Below are positions 29,024-37,546 of a DNA stretch of 64,000 bases, piece after piece. This stretch comes from an uncultured Acidobacteriota bacterium (GTDB taxonomy: Bacteria; Acidobacteriota; Thermoanaerobaculia; Multivoradales; UBA5704). The notes beneath the pieces were generated by a model. It saw only the letters and a program-made list of their open reading frames with translations. It searched no databases and was not told the origin of the DNA. The stretch is taken from contig CAVYRF010000002.1 in NCBI GenBank assembly GCA_963770895.1, positions 5,024,001 through 5,088,000 on the forward strand, read 5' to 3'. A program made the translations under genes and the position numbers. Position 1 is the first letter of the stretch. Each line of letters starts with the position of its first letter.

Positions 29024-30328
29024 TCAACTACCCCGTCGGGTCTTCGGTAAGGATGGCGTCAGGGGGGCGGGGGCTGTTGCCGGCGCCGAGGCAGCCTGGT
29101 CTGGCGCCGGGGCCGGCGGCAGGAGCGGCAGCAGGGCGGTGCCGGCGGCGCTTTGCCATAGATCGAGCAGGTCGGCGGGCACCGGCGCCTCCAGCGCCAG
29201 CGGTGCGCCGCCGGTCGCCGCGGCGGGAAGCATGAGCCGCCAGGCGTGCAGCGCCGGCCGCGGGAAGTCGCGCAGCGGCGCCTGGGCCGGCCGCGGCAGC
29301 GCGCGGTGGCGGGCCTCGCCGTAGACCGGGTCGCCCACCAGCGGGTGGCCGATGCTCTTCAGATGCACGCGGATCTGGTGGGTGCGGCCGGTCGCCAGGT
29401 CCAGCTCCAGCAGGGCAATCCCGTTGCAGGCCGCAAGGGTGCGATAGAGGGTGCGCGAGGGGCGGCCGTCGCGGCGCACCGTCATTTCGGTGCGCCGGTC
29501 GCGATGGCGGCCGATCGGCGCGTCCACCACTCCGTGTGCCGGCGGCGATCCCCAGACGATGGCCAGGTAGCGCTTGGCGACCTGGCGGCCGGCAAAGGCG
29601 CCGCTCAGGCGCTGGTAGGCGGCGGCGGTACGCGCCACCACCATGACGCCGCTCGTGCCGCGATCCAGCCGGTGCACGATGCCCGGCCGGCCGGGCCCGC
29701 CGACCGTCGCGATCTCCGGGTAGCGCGCCAGGAGCAGGTGGGCGAGCGTTCCCGTCGAGCGGCCGGCCCCCGGATGCACGGTGATCCCGGCGGGCTTGTC
29801 GAGCACCACCAGCTGGGGATCTTCGTGGATCACCGCCAGCTCGCCCGCTTCCGCCACCATCGTCGTGGGTGGCGGCGCCGGCGGTTCGCACTCGATCCGG
29901 TCGCCGGACGCGACCGCCGCAGACGCCTTGGTCGCGACGCGGCCGTTGACCCGCACGTGCCCGGCGTGAATCCACTGCTGCACCTGGTTGCGTGGCACCT
30001 GAAAGACCGCGGCCACGTGCCGGTCCAGACGGTCGCCAGGCGGCGAGACAGCGGCGGGAGCCGCGGCGAAGGCTGGTGCCAGGCCTGGGCCTGGATTTGG
30101 GTTTGGGCTTGAGCCTGGGTCTGAGTTTTGGCCTGGGGCCGGACTTGGGGCTGGGCGTGAATCGGTAGCTGCGGCTGCGGCGGCGCGGGCGGGAGCTGCG
30201 CTGGGCCGCGGCGGAGGGGCGGTGGCGAAGGCTGCGCCCGGCGCCGGGGCTGCTGCGACGGGGGCCGGGCCGGAAGGGTCGGGAGAGCCGACGGTCCAGG
30301 CGCGCGGGCGGCCCGGTTGCTCGCTCAA
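29024..30328 (-). CDS. rluD: RluD-type pseudouridine synthase with long Pro/Ala insertion
   Basis: GDRLD S4 domain, KPAGITVHP, RPGIVHRLDRGTSG, TGRTHQIRVH, GDPVYG; TTG start overlaps the lspA stop (TTGA). Confidence 0.85.
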   Translation of the reverse strand: MSEQPGRPRAWTVGSPDPSGPAPVAAAPAPGAAFATAPPPRPSAAPARAAAAAATDSRPAPSPAPGQNSDPGSSPNPNPGPGLAPAFAAAPAAVSPPGDRLDRHVAAVFQVPRNQVQQWIHAGHVRVNGRVATKASAAVASGDRIECEPPAPPPTTMVAEAGELAVIHEDPQLVVLDKPAGITVHPGAGRSTGTLAHLLLARYPEIATVGGPGRPGIVHRLDRGTSGVMVVARTAAAYQRLSGAFAGRQVAKRYLAIVWGSPPAHGVVDAPIGRHRDRRTEMTVRRDGRPSRTLYRTLAACNGIALLELDLATGRTHQIRVHLKSIGHPLVGDPVYGEARHRALPRPAQAPLRDFPRPALHAWRLMLPAAATGGAPLALEAPVPADLLDLWQSAAGTALLPLLPPAPAPDQAASAPATAPAPLTPSLPKTRRGS

Positions 30329-30885
30329 GCGCCTTGCGGCTCGGAGGCGCGCGCCGTGCGGCGCGCCCACAGGCTGTCGATCGCCATCAGCACGATGCCG
30401 ATCGAGATCGCCGCGTCGGCAACGTTGAACGAAGGCCAGTGGTGCATGCCGACGTAGACGTCGATGAAATCGGTGACGGCGCCGCTGGCCACGCGGTCGA
30501 TCAGGTTGCCCACCGCGCCGCCGACGACCAGGGCCAGCGCCACCAGCAGGCCGCGCTCATGCGGCGAGGCGAAGCCGAAATAGAGCGATACGGCGCTCAA
30601 TGCCAGGAGGCCCAGGCCGGTCAGCAGCCAGCTGGTGCTCATGCCGTGCGCGGCAAACAGGCCGAAGGCGACGCCGGTGTTGCGGACGTGGGTCAGGTTG
30701 AGCAGGCCGGGCACGATCGGCTGTGCGACATGATTGGCCAGGTGCACTTCGACCAGCCACTTGGTCCACTGGTCGAGCACCACCACGGCCAGCGACACCA
30801 GGAGGTAGTGCAGCTTCCCGCGGTCGGGCAGGCGGCTGGGAAGGCTGACCGCCGTTGGGTCGGTGTGCTGAATCTCGTCGATCAA
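30325..30885 (-). CDS. lspA: Lipoprotein signal peptidase II
   Basis: DQWTK, NTGVAFG, GGAVGNLIDR, VTDFI, FNVAD. Confidence 0.95.
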   Translation of the reverse strand: MIDEIQHTDPTAVSLPSRLPDRGKLHYLLVSLAVVVLDQWTKWLVEVHLANHVAQPIVPGLLNLTHVRNTGVAFGLFAAHGMSTSWLLTGLGLLALSAVSLYFGFASPHERGLLVALALVVGGAVGNLIDRVASGAVTDFIDVYVGMHHWPSFNVADAAISIGIVLMAIDSLWARRTARASEPQGA

Positions 30886-30922
30886 TGCCGTTTGCTCCCT
30901 TGGCAATGGGGTGGGGGACGGC

Positions 30923-31594
30923 TCACGGGAAATGCTTGTGCGCTGCCGCGACCACCCTGTCCAGCCCTGCAGGGGACTGGAACAGCCGGATCGCGGCGAT
31001 CCCGGCCGCCCCTGCCGCCGCAACCTCCGCGAACCGCTCTAGTGTAACGCCACCCAATGCATAAACGGGAATGCCGCCGCCGCGAGCGCCCGCGCCGCTC
31101 GGTCCACCGGCGGCGGCGACGGCGCGGGCCAGCCCCTGCGCACCGGTGAGCGCCGCGTCTTCCTTGCCGGGCGTCGGATACACCGGGCCGAAGACCACGT
31201 AGTCGGCGCCGGCCTGCCGGGCGAGATGGATCTCCGCCGGATCGTGCGTCGAAACCCCGATCAGCAAACCCGCTCCGAACCGCGCGCGCAGGCTGCCCGC
31301 CGGCACCCCCGCGGCCGGCAGGTGCACGCCGTCCGCGCCGGCGGCAAGCGCGACGTCGGCGCGGCCGTTCACCAGGAGGCGCGCCCGCCGTTCCGGCGCC
31401 GCGAGCGCTGCGCGTGCTTGCAGCGCGAGCCGGTACAGCGCGCGATCGCTCCAGCTTTTTTCGCGCAGCTGGAGGGCGTCGACCCCGGCGGCCGCCAGCG
31501 CTGCGAACCAGGCGGCGGCACCAGCGGCGCCGGCCGGAAGCGCATCCAGCTGGCTGATCGCCAGCAGGCGGAAAGGCAGGGCAGGGCGGGCCAA
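30923..31594 (-). CDS. thiE: Thiamine phosphate synthase family protein
   Basis: QLREK, VNGRADVA, GVHL, GVSTH, FGPVYPTPGK, ALGGV. Confidence 0.8.
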   Translation of the reverse strand: MARPALPFRLLAISQLDALPAGAAGAAAWFAALAAAGVDALQLREKSWSDRALYRLALQARAALAAPERRARLLVNGRADVALAAGADGVHLPAAGVPAGSLRARFGAGLLIGVSTHDPAEIHLARQAGADYVVFGPVYPTPGKEDAALTGAQGLARAVAAAGGPSGAGARGGGIPVYALGGVTLERFAEVAAAGAAGIAAIRLFQSPAGLDRVVAAAHKHFP

Positions 31595-31608
31595 GGCCGA
31601 CTACCGGG

Positions 31609-31869
31609 TCAATCCTGGCCGATGTCCACGTTCAGGCGACGGGCGATCGCTCCGCTCAGGTCGTGGGTGCTCCAGACCAGGTGGACCAGACCGAAGCCGC
31701 TGACCGCACCGCGCGTCAGGGGGTGCAGCAGCACCGTGCGCAGCGCGTGCGACGGCAGCAGCAGCACCGTGTGATCCCATCCCGGTTGCCATGGACCGTA
31801 CAGCAGGAAGAACCCCGCCTCGATGCAGTACACGATGAAGAAAAGGCGGAGAAGCGATTGCAAGCGCAT
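31609..31869 (-). CDS. Small two-TM hypothetical protein
   Basis: FFIVYCIEAGFFLLYGPW...RGAVSGFGLVHL; TACAAT 10 nt upstream. Confidence 0.65.
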   Translation of the reverse strand: MRLQSLLRLFFIVYCIEAGFFLLYGPWQPGWDHTVLLLPSHALRTVLLHPLTRGAVSGFGLVHLVWSTHDLSGAIARRLNVDIGQD

Positions 31870-31919
31870 GAGGGACCGAATTGTACAGAAAGGGGGGGCG
31901 CTTTCCGTCTTTCTCTATG

Positions 31920-32062
31920 AAGGCAGGTGGAAGACCGGCACTCAAGGCAGGTGGAAGGCCGGCACTCAAGGCAGGTGGAAGGCCGGCACTCAAGGCAGGT
32001 GAAAGGCCGGCACTCAAGGCAGGTGAAAGGCCGGCACTCAAGGCAGGTGAAAGGCCGGCACT
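31920..32062. repeat. Intergenic VNTR: 6 x 24 bp AAGGCAGGTG(G/A)AAGGCCGGCACTC
   Basis: Units at 31920, 31944, 31968, 31992, 32016 and 32040; no spacers. Confidence 0.95.
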
Positions 32063-32160
32063 TCAGCAGCGGCAGCCGGTCGTGGGTGGTGGGTGGGTCC
32101 GCCCGCCTTCAACCAGGCAAGCCGTGGCGGCTCGTGCAGCGCAAGTCGCGGCGGACGCAC

Positions 32161-32243
32161 TCAAGTCGCGGTCGCGCGGGCATCTCGGGTCGCGGTTGCG
32201 CGGCATCTCGGGTCGCGGTGGCGCGGCATCTCGAGTCGCGGCG
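32161..32243. repeat. ~23-bp tandem repeat (GCGCGGCATCTCGGGTCGCGGT) x ~3.5
   Basis: Read directly. Confidence 0.75.
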
Positions 32244-32401
32244 ACGGGCGCACCGGCGCGGCCCCCGATCCCGGCCCGCCCGGCGTGGTGCGAAGCGGCG
32301 GGTGGGCGCCTGGCGGTAATGATGGGCGAGCGCCTGACCGTGATGAGTGGGCGCCTACCGTTGTGGCGAGTGGGCGCCTGACTGTGACGGCACGTGGGCG
32401 G

Positions 32402-35095
32402 CTAACCGTGATGATGGCCGCCGCCGGCGTGGCTACCGCCGCCGGAGTGCCCGCTGCCTGCGTGGCCGCTGCCACCGGAATGGCTGCTGGAGTGGCCGCC
32501 GCCGGAGTAGCTGCCGTTGGAGTGGGACGGGCTTGGGCGGCTGCTGGAAGCGCGGCTGCTGTAGCTGCCGCGATAGGAGTTAGCGCGGTAGGCGGGCTGC
32601 GACGAGGGACGCGAGTACTGCGGACGGGGCGCGGCTTGGAAGCGGGATGGCGGCGTCGAGCGGGAACCATGGGCATCAGCCTGATGGGCGGAATACGCCT
32701 GAGGGGCCCGGTAGGTCGTCGAGGGGGTGCGCGCAAAGGAGTCGTAGCGCGGCGCGGCGCCGCCGGCGCGGGCGGAGGATGTAAAGCCCGTCGTGCCTGA
32801 CGGGTAGCGCGAGCCGAAGGGGGCATTGCCGCCGGTCCAGGGGTGCGCCTGGGCGGGTGCGGGGTGGGCCGGGTAGGAGCCGCTCCAGCGAGTGCCGCCG
32901 GTGGTGCGACCGCGATCAAATGGCTCGCCTTGCGCGGCGCCGGGACGCTCGCTCTGGCCGGCGGTCCGGCCGGGCGGCCGGGCCGGCGCGGGGCGGTGGT
33001 CGGCAAGGGTTCCCGGTGCGCCGGCGGACGCGAGAGTGCCTGCGGTGCCGTGAGCGCCTGCGACGTTGCGATCGCCGGTGGCGTTGAAAGCGCCTGCGGC
33101 ATTGGACGCGCCTGCGGCGTTGCGAGCGCCCGCGGCATTGGGCGCGCCGGCGGGCCGGGGTGAGGAGCGCCAGGCTTCACTGGTCGGCCCGCTGCCGGGG
33201 TGCGCGCCGCCCTGGCCGGCAATGTGGGAGCCGAAGGCGTTGGCCCCTCCGCCGCGGGCACCGGTGCCGGGCAGGCCGGCGCTGGCCGGCCGCAGGCCCA
33301 GGGTGCGGGGGGCGAGCGGAGTGCCGGCCTGGCGGCCGACGGCAGAGGCGGCCACGGCGTGGGCGACTTCGAGCGGCAGGCTGGCCTGGCGGCCGATGAA
33401 GGCCGAGACGTCGGGCAGGCCGCGGCCGGCGCCGGCAAAGGCCGAGCGCGAGGCGAGCAGACGCATTGCGCCGGCGGGGCCCGTGTGGAGCAGGCCCGCG
33501 GTCAGGCCGCGGGTTACCGTGGTGATCAGGCCGCGTTCCAGGCCGCGCGCCAGCAGGCCGGCGCCGCCCAGGGCTCTGGCGCCGGGGCCGAAGGCGAAGC
33601 CGTGCCAGCCGCGGCCCAGGACGTGCCCCAGGGGGACGATGTGCCAGTGGGCGAAGAGGCCGAGCGAGCCGCCGGCCCAACCGTAGGCGCCGAAGCGGAA
33701 GGCGGGGAAGAGATGGCTGTAGAAGCCGGTATACAGGCCGATGGGGCACCAGCCGGCGTACGACGGGCCCCAGTACCAATAGACCCAGGCGGGCGAAAAG
33801 ACGTTGCCCGGGCACCACGCCCAGCCGTTGTTCGGCAGGTACTCCCAGCTGCCGTAGTGGTAGGGCACCCAGCCCCAGGGCTCGTTGGACACCCAGGTCA
33901 TGCCGGCCGGGGTGGCGTCCCACTGGCCTTCCCAATAGGGGGTCCAGCCGCTATCCGTGTCGTTGGGCTGCCAGTATTCGCGGTCGTCGACGTTCAGCCA
34001 GTGGCCGTAGTGGTCGAGCGATCCGGCCTCGTAGCCCAGGCTGGGGTCGACGTAGCTGGCGGCGGCGGTGCGGGTGTCGCCTGCGTCGCCTGCGACATCG
34101 CCGCCCCAGCGCTCCAGCAGGTCCAGGCCGCCGGCCTGGCGGACGCCGGCGGCTGGGCTGCGCGCGTCGATCGTCGCCAGCTGGCCGTCGCGCAGCGTCG
34201 TGTCGCCGCCGTCGCTGACCACCTGGGCGGTGCCCTGGCGCACCGTCACTTCGCTCAGATCGCCGCGGTCGGTGGTGACGCGGTAGGCGCCGGTCGCCTG
34301 GATGTAGATGCCGGCGTTCGGCGTCAGGATGGTGGGCATCTCCTGGCCGACCGAGGCGTCGGTGACGATCAGCTGCAGATTGCCTTCGCCAAGGCGCAGC
34401 TCGGTCGAGGGGGCCGGCTGGTCGGCGGAGTTGGCCAGGCGGGCCAGGGTCACCTGCGTGCCGCCGTCCAGGCGGACGATGTTGTGGTCGGCCAGCACGA
34501 TCTCGACACGGGCGCGCGGCGCCACGGTCAGGGTGTCGCCGGTGAGCACCGGCTGGTTTGCCTGCGCCGGCTGGGCGCCGCCGGCGGTCGCCGGAGTCGT
34601 CGGGGCCCCCGGTGCGGCATCGCTGCCGCCGGGAGTCCAACCGTCGCCGCCGCTGTCGGGGCTGCTGCCTGTCGCGGTATCGCCGGCGGCGCCGCCGGCA
34701 TGGCTGAGCAGTACGGTGCCCTCGACCACGCGCAAATACCCGTAGCTGCCGCCCGGGCCCGCACCATCGGCAGAGCTGCCCATTGGAGCCTGGGCCGTTG
34801 CCGGCGCCGGGACCGCCGCCGCCGGCAACGGCGCCAGGAGCGCCGATGCAGCCGCCAGGGCGGCAAGCGTTGCGAGGAAGGCCAGCGCCGTGACGGGCGA
34901 GCCGTCGCGCCGCGGTCGGGTGCCCCCTGCGACCCCTGCGCTGAGCGCGGTCAGACGATCGCCGTCAGCATGTCCGGCGCCACCGGCGTGATCGGCGCTG
35001 CGGGCAGTGCAGGAGGCCAAGCTGTGCCGGAGTTTTGGCAACGGCGGTCTGGCGTTGTCGCGAGGAGAGGAGGCGGCGACCCTGGCTGTGAGCAT
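32402..35095 (-). CDS. Exported FecR-like + DUF6600-like protein with long disordered tail
   Basis: RLDGGT, TPNA, VRQG FecR-like motifs; LDHYGHW, WTPYWEGQW, WVSNEPWGWVPYHYGSW, PAWVYW; ATG 35095 with AGGAGA RBS. Confidence 0.8.
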   Translation of the reverse strand: MLTARVAASSPRDNARPPLPKLRHSLASCTARSADHAGGAGHADGDRLTALSAGVAGGTRPRRDGSPVTALAFLATLAALAAASALLAPLPAAAVPAPATAQAPMGSSADGAGPGGSYGYLRVVEGTVLLSHAGGAAGDTATGSSPDSGGDGWTPGGSDAAPGAPTTPATAGGAQPAQANQPVLTGDTLTVAPRARVEIVLADHNIVRLDGGTQVTLARLANSADQPAPSTELRLGEGNLQLIVTDASVGQEMPTILTPNAGIYIQATGAYRVTTDRGDLSEVTVRQGTAQVVSDGGDTTLRDGQLATIDARSPAAGVRQAGGLDLLERWGGDVAGDAGDTRTAAASYVDPSLGYEAGSLDHYGHWLNVDDREYWQPNDTDSGWTPYWEGQWDATPAGMTWVSNEPWGWVPYHYGSWEYLPNNGWAWCPGNVFSPAWVYWYWGPSYAGWCPIGLYTGFYSHLFPAFRFGAYGWAGGSLGLFAHWHIVPLGHVLGRGWHGFAFGPGARALGGAGLLARGLERGLITTVTRGLTAGLLHTGPAGAMRLLASRSAFAGAGRGLPDVSAFIGRQASLPLEVAHAVAASAVGRQAGTPLAPRTLGLRPASAGLPGTGARGGGANAFGSHIAGQGGAHPGSGPTSEAWRSSPRPAGAPNAAGARNAAGASNAAGAFNATGDRNVAGAHGTAGTLASAGAPGTLADHRPAPARPPGRTAGQSERPGAAQGEPFDRGRTTGGTRWSGSYPAHPAPAQAHPWTGGNAPFGSRYPSGTTGFTSSARAGGAAPRYDSFARTPSTTYRAPQAYSAHQADAHGSRSTPPSRFQAAPRPQYSRPSSQPAYRANSYRGSYSSRASSSRPSPSHSNGSYSGGGHSSSHSGGSGHAGSGHSGGGSHAGGGHHHG

Positions 35096-35427
35096 TTTCA
35101 GATTCTCCTGCGGCGAACCTACCGCGATGCCAGGGGCAACGCAACTTCCAAGCCACTGTCCGGCGGCGCGGCGGGCGAAGGTGCGCGGATGGCCGCAAAA
35201 CGCCGGCCGGAGAGAGTTGCCGCTGCGGGACCGACTATAATGCGGGGACTTGAGTCGCCGGCAGCAGTGTGCGCGGCCGATGGCGACCGTCCACGCCAGG
35301 CGTCGTCGCCGTCCGCTTCCGGGCGCACCGCCGGCGAACAGGTTTCCATCGGCAAGCGGGCTGGCGGGTGGAGGCGGCGGTGGCGCGGTTGGAGAGGGTG
35401 TCGAGGGAGGGGCAAATTGCAGTGGCA

Positions 35428-36354
35428 ATGAAGAACTGGTTTGGCGGCAAGGCCAAAGGTTCGCAGCAGGAGTACACGGTCGATGACCTGATCGTGCTCG
35501 AACGCTATCAAGAGGCGGCCGACCGGTTGCTCGCCAAGCTGAAGATCAACCCGCAGGACCTGCACTCCCACCTCAAGCTGGCGGAGGTCTACACGCACTT
35601 GCAGCAGCCCGGCAAAGCCGTGGACGAATACGCTTTCGTCGCCGACGAGTACGCCCAGGACGGTTTCTACGACAAGGGGATCGCGCTGCTGTCGCGGGCC
35701 ATGAAGCTGGCGCCCAACGACGCTTCGCTGCGCCAGCGGGTCGAGGATCAGCAGCGCGAAAAGAGCCTGGACCACGTGCGGGTCCTGGCCATCGAAGGGT
35801 TGCGCCAGGCGGGCGGCCATCTCGACGGCGCCTCGGCTCTCGATCTGCAACGGCTGTGGCACAACCTGGTCGCCAGCAGCCTGGTGAGGGACCTGCCCGG
35901 CGAGCAGCTCAAACGGCTGTTTTCGGCCATGAAGCTGTATCACCTGGATGCCAAAAGCCGCATCGTGCAGGAAGGCAGCGATGAGCCCTTCCTGCTGCTC
36001 CTGGCGCGCGGGCTGGTCGAGGCCACGATCCAGGTTGCCGCCAGCGCCGCGGCCGCGGGCGGAAGCGGGGGAGGCGGGGCTGCCGGGGCGCCCGGCATGG
36101 GCAGCGCGACGCGTCCCGTACGCTCTTTCGGCCCCGGCGACATCGTCGGCGAAGCGGCGCTCCTGGAGCGCGGGCGGTGGCCGGCAGACTACTGGGTGCG
36201 CGAGCCGGCGGCGGTGCTGCGGCTCACCCGCGAGGGCCTCGAAAAGTGCCTGGTCGGCAACGCCGATCCGCGCGGCTTTCTGGAAATTCTGCGTGGCCAG
36301 CATAACGACCGTGAGGTGGCGGCGGCCGTGCGCACTCTGCGAGGCAGCCACTGA
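35428..36354 (+). CDS. TPR + cyclic-nucleotide-binding domain protein
   Basis: HLKLAEVY..., YAQDGFYDKGIAL TPR-like; IVQEG, FGPGDIVGEAALL CNB-like. Confidence 0.75.
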   Translation: MKNWFGGKAKGSQQEYTVDDLIVLERYQEAADRLLAKLKINPQDLHSHLKLAEVYTHLQQPGKAVDEYAFVADEYAQDGFYDKGIALLSRAMKLAPNDASLRQRVEDQQREKSLDHVRVLAIEGLRQAGGHLDGASALDLQRLWHNLVASSLVRDLPGEQLKRLFSAMKLYHLDAKSRIVQEGSDEPFLLLLARGLVEATIQVAASAAAAGGSGGGGAAGAPGMGSATRPVRSFGPGDIVGEAALLERGRWPADYWVREPAAVLRLTREGLEKCLVGNADPRGFLEILRGQHNDREVAAAVRTLRGSH

Positions 36355-36872
36355 TGGCGATCCTTGCCATCCGCGTCTATCCAGACCCTGCCCTGCGCGT
36401 CAAGACTCCGCCGGTCACCGACTTCGGGCCGGCGCTGGCGCGCCTGGCCGCCGACATGATCGAGACCATGGTGGCGGCTCCGGGCATCGGCCTGGCGGCG
36501 CCGCAGGTCGGCTCGCAGGCGCGGCTGGCGGTGGTCGACCTGTCAGTCGGCGACGACCCGCAGCAGCTCCACGTGCTGGTCAATCCGCGGATCACCCGCC
36601 GCGAAGGCATGGAAACCGACGTCGAAGGGTGCCTGTCGTTGCCAGGCATCTCCGACAAGGTGGACCGGCCCACAGCGATCACCGTGCGCGCCCAGGACCT
36701 GGACGGCAACGCCTTCGAGCTGCAAGCCGAAGAGTGGCTGGCGCGCGCCATCTGCCACGAGGTCGATCACCTCGACGGCGTGTTGTTCACCGATCATCTG
36801 CGAGGCTTGCGACGGGAGCGGGTGCGGCGGCAGCTGCGCAAGCTCGCGGCGGAGCAGGAGGTGCATGCGTGA
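36354..36872 (+). CDS. def: Peptide deformylase
   Basis: GIGLAAPQVG, EGCLS, HEVDHLDG. Confidence 0.96.
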   Translation: MAILAIRVYPDPALRVKTPPVTDFGPALARLAADMIETMVAAPGIGLAAPQVGSQARLAVVDLSVGDDPQQLHVLVNPRITRREGMETDVEGCLSLPGISDKVDRPTAITVRAQDLDGNAFELQAEEWLARAICHEVDHLDGVLFTDHLRGLRRERVRRQLRKLAAEQEVHA

Positions 36873-37537
36873 AGGGTGCGGCAGCAGCAGCTTCACCAGG
36901 TGGGCCGGCGCCAGGGGCGCGGCGGGAAGGTGCGAACGGATTGCGGGCACGGCGCACCGCGGCAGCGCTGACCGGCGTCGCGCTCGCCAGCGCGCTGGCG
37001 CTCGCCAGCTGTGGCGGCGGCGGCCACAGCGGCGGCAGCGGCGGCGGCTCCGGCCCGACCAGCCCGCCGCCCAATCAATCGAGCATGGTGTTCACGCCAT
37101 CGGGCGGCGGCAGCTCGGGCATCGTGCTGGCGACCGGCGCCGGCAGCCAGGGCACCGCGCTGGCGCTCACCGTACAGACCACCGGGGTGCCCGACCTGTA
37201 CGCGGTCGCCTTTCACCTCACCTATCCGTACGCCGCCATGCACTTCAGCGGTTCGAACGAAGGCACCCTGCTCAACGCCGCCGGCTCGGTGCAGACGACC
37301 TACCAGGTTGTCGAGTCGCCGCCAGGCACGCTCATCGTCGGCCTCAGCCGGCTGGGCGCCGTCAACGGCACGGGCGCCGCGGGAACGCTGCTCACCCTGC
37401 AGTTCACCGGCGTCGCGACCGGCAACGGCAAGATCGCCTTCACCAACAATCAGGCGAACAACAGCGCGCAATCCGCCATCCAGGGTCTCAGCTGGGGCGG
37501 CGGCTCCGTGCAAGTCACCATCGTGCCGGGTTCCTGA
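36869..37537 (+). CDS. Lipoprotein with cohesin-like beta-sandwich
   Basis: Lipobox LASC, Gly/Ser linker, LYAVAFHLTY, GTLIVGLSR, GTLLTLQF; GTG overlaps the def stop. Confidence 0.7.
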   Translation: MKGAAAAASPGGPAPGARREGANGLRARRTAAALTGVALASALALASCGGGGHSGGSGGGSGPTSPPPNQSSMVFTPSGGGSSGIVLATGAGSQGTALALTVQTTGVPDLYAVAFHLTYPYAAMHFSGSNEGTLLNAAGSVQTTYQVVESPPGTLIVGLSRLGAVNGTGAAGTLLTLQFTGVATGNGKIAFTNNQANNSAQSAIQGLSWGGGSVQVTIVPGS

Positions 37538-37546
37538 GGGACCGCC

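Noticed and set aside
31920-32062. CRISPR array
   Set aside because: The repeats are contiguous with no unique spacers, and there are no cas genes in the window.
35236-35241. TATAAT promoter for the 35428 operon
   Set aside because: The -10 box is perfect but no -35 sits at 16-18 bp spacing; plausible but not supportable.
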